From: Podarcis melisellensis
Lineage: Eukaryota
Length of the DNA: 64,000 nucleotides
NCBI GenBank assembly: GCA_964234715.1
Contig: OZ174291.1
Strand: one strand, 5' to 3'
Shown one piece after another: positions 62,659 through 64,000 of the stretch. How positions within the stretch are numbered: the stretch's first letter is position 1; every line of letters begins with the position of its first letter. The notes beneath the pieces are model-generated. The model worked only from the letters and a program-made list of their open reading frames with translations, was not told the DNA's origin and made no database searches. Position numbers and translations under genes: made by a program.

Positions 62659-64000
62659 CTGAAAAGTAGTCAGAAGAAGTGGGAGACAGGAGTTAAAATA
62701 AAATACTGTATTGCTATTTATTCTACATCCTAGAAGGAAACAGGAAAGAGACACAAGTTGCTGGTCTGCTTTTTTGCATGTATGAGCCCACAGACTTCAT
62801 TCTGATAAAGAATCTTATAAAGAATTTGCATAGAATAGGAGCCCTTAACTTTTGGGGACCCAGGGGCTGTGGGCACAGTAAATTACCTATTTTGCAGAAG
62901 GAAAACTGGCAAGGCACAGAGGCCGCAACCATCCCAAACACAGCTACATGCATAGAGTTGTAACCAATGCTAATCAGAGCAGACCTATTGAAAATAACTG
63001 GCCTAAGCTAGCCTCGATTAAGGCACACACCAAAACAAAACAGTCAAAAAAAGCAGACAACAGCAACATGAACAACAAGCACTAATAATAAATTGTGCAA
63101 ATTCCCCGTGCCAAAAAAACCTCATTAAAAAAAGAAAAAAAATGGGAGGGGCAAGGAAGCTCAGCAGCCACCAGAAGGGTGTCTAAGAGCATGGGGTGCC
63201 CCCAGGTATGCAAGCTGCCTTATACCATCTGTACCCAATGCCAGCCCTACTCAGAATGGACCCACTGATGTTAATGGATATGACGAAGTTCCATTGATTT
63301 CAATGGTTCTACTCTGAGTAGAACTAATTTGGATACAATCCTATATGTCCCCCTAGCTCAACAGCTCTGCCTGGAAGCTGCTCTCTTCCACCCCCTGCTA
63401 CCGATCCTTTTACTTGGGGATTGAACAAGGTTTGAAGCCATCTTGTTCCAAACCTGGTAACCATCGTTTCTCAGTTCAGATGGAACCATAAACTATAGCT
63501 AACTGACGACTTTGGGGTTTAATGGACACGACTTTGGGGTTTAATGGTTTAATTCGGCAACTTCCCTATGGCCTGAGCAGGCCTATGAGGCCTTGACGTC
63601 GTCTTATATACCTGCTGGGATTGACAAAGCTGCCTCTGATTGGTTATCATTTAACTCTCACAGAAAATAATTTGCATCACACGTCATGTGCATGGAAGTT
63701 GCCAAACCAATTAACCAACTAGAAGGATTACTGTTAATAGCACCAGTTTTCCTATACTGTAACTTGATATTGCTGAATATGGTAATGCTAAGAAGACAGA
63801 GGTTGTGTGTGTGTGAACAAAGGCTGCTCAGCTCCGTATTTAGTCAGCTGACATGTGAGCATCCAGACAATATCACTCTCCTGGCACAAAATTATCGTTC
63901 AGCTCCATACATGAAATGGAAAGACAAGTGTGCAGAGAAACAGGCTACTTCTCCTTTGGCCCTTAGACCTGATTCAAAAGGGAGCCCAGGAAGGCAGAAG

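Overview
Vertebrate genomic DNA, almost certainly a squamate reptile and plausibly a lacertid lizard (Sauria-type SINEs, a BovB 3' end, CR1/L2 fragments). Two convergent genes are present, as in the human FBXW8-TESC arrangement. The last five coding exons of TESC (tescalcin/CHP3) lie on + at 559-3220, with a polyA signal at 3448. Ten coding exons of FBXW8 (exons 2-11 by human numbering) lie on - from 62658 down to 4916; exon 1 is beyond the window. All 15 exons have canonical GT-AG boundaries and consistent reading phase. The FBXW8 introns are dense in SINEs, LINE 3' fragments and non-autonomous DNA transposons (Tc1/mariner-pogo type with TA duplications; hAT type with 8-bp duplications). There is one 130-N assembly gap. 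Two observations stand out. (1) An intronless 220-aa ORF is nested in FBXW8 intron 2 on the same strand (56096-56758). It has a strong Kozak context, an MGxxxT myristoylation-type start, a long E/R/Q coiled-coil and a downstream AATAAA. (2) A TA-flanked transposon in the last FBXW8 intron has an interior expanded into a 22-unit higher-order array of about 60-bp GC-rich hairpins. Family names for repeats are from recalled consensus patterns, not database searches.
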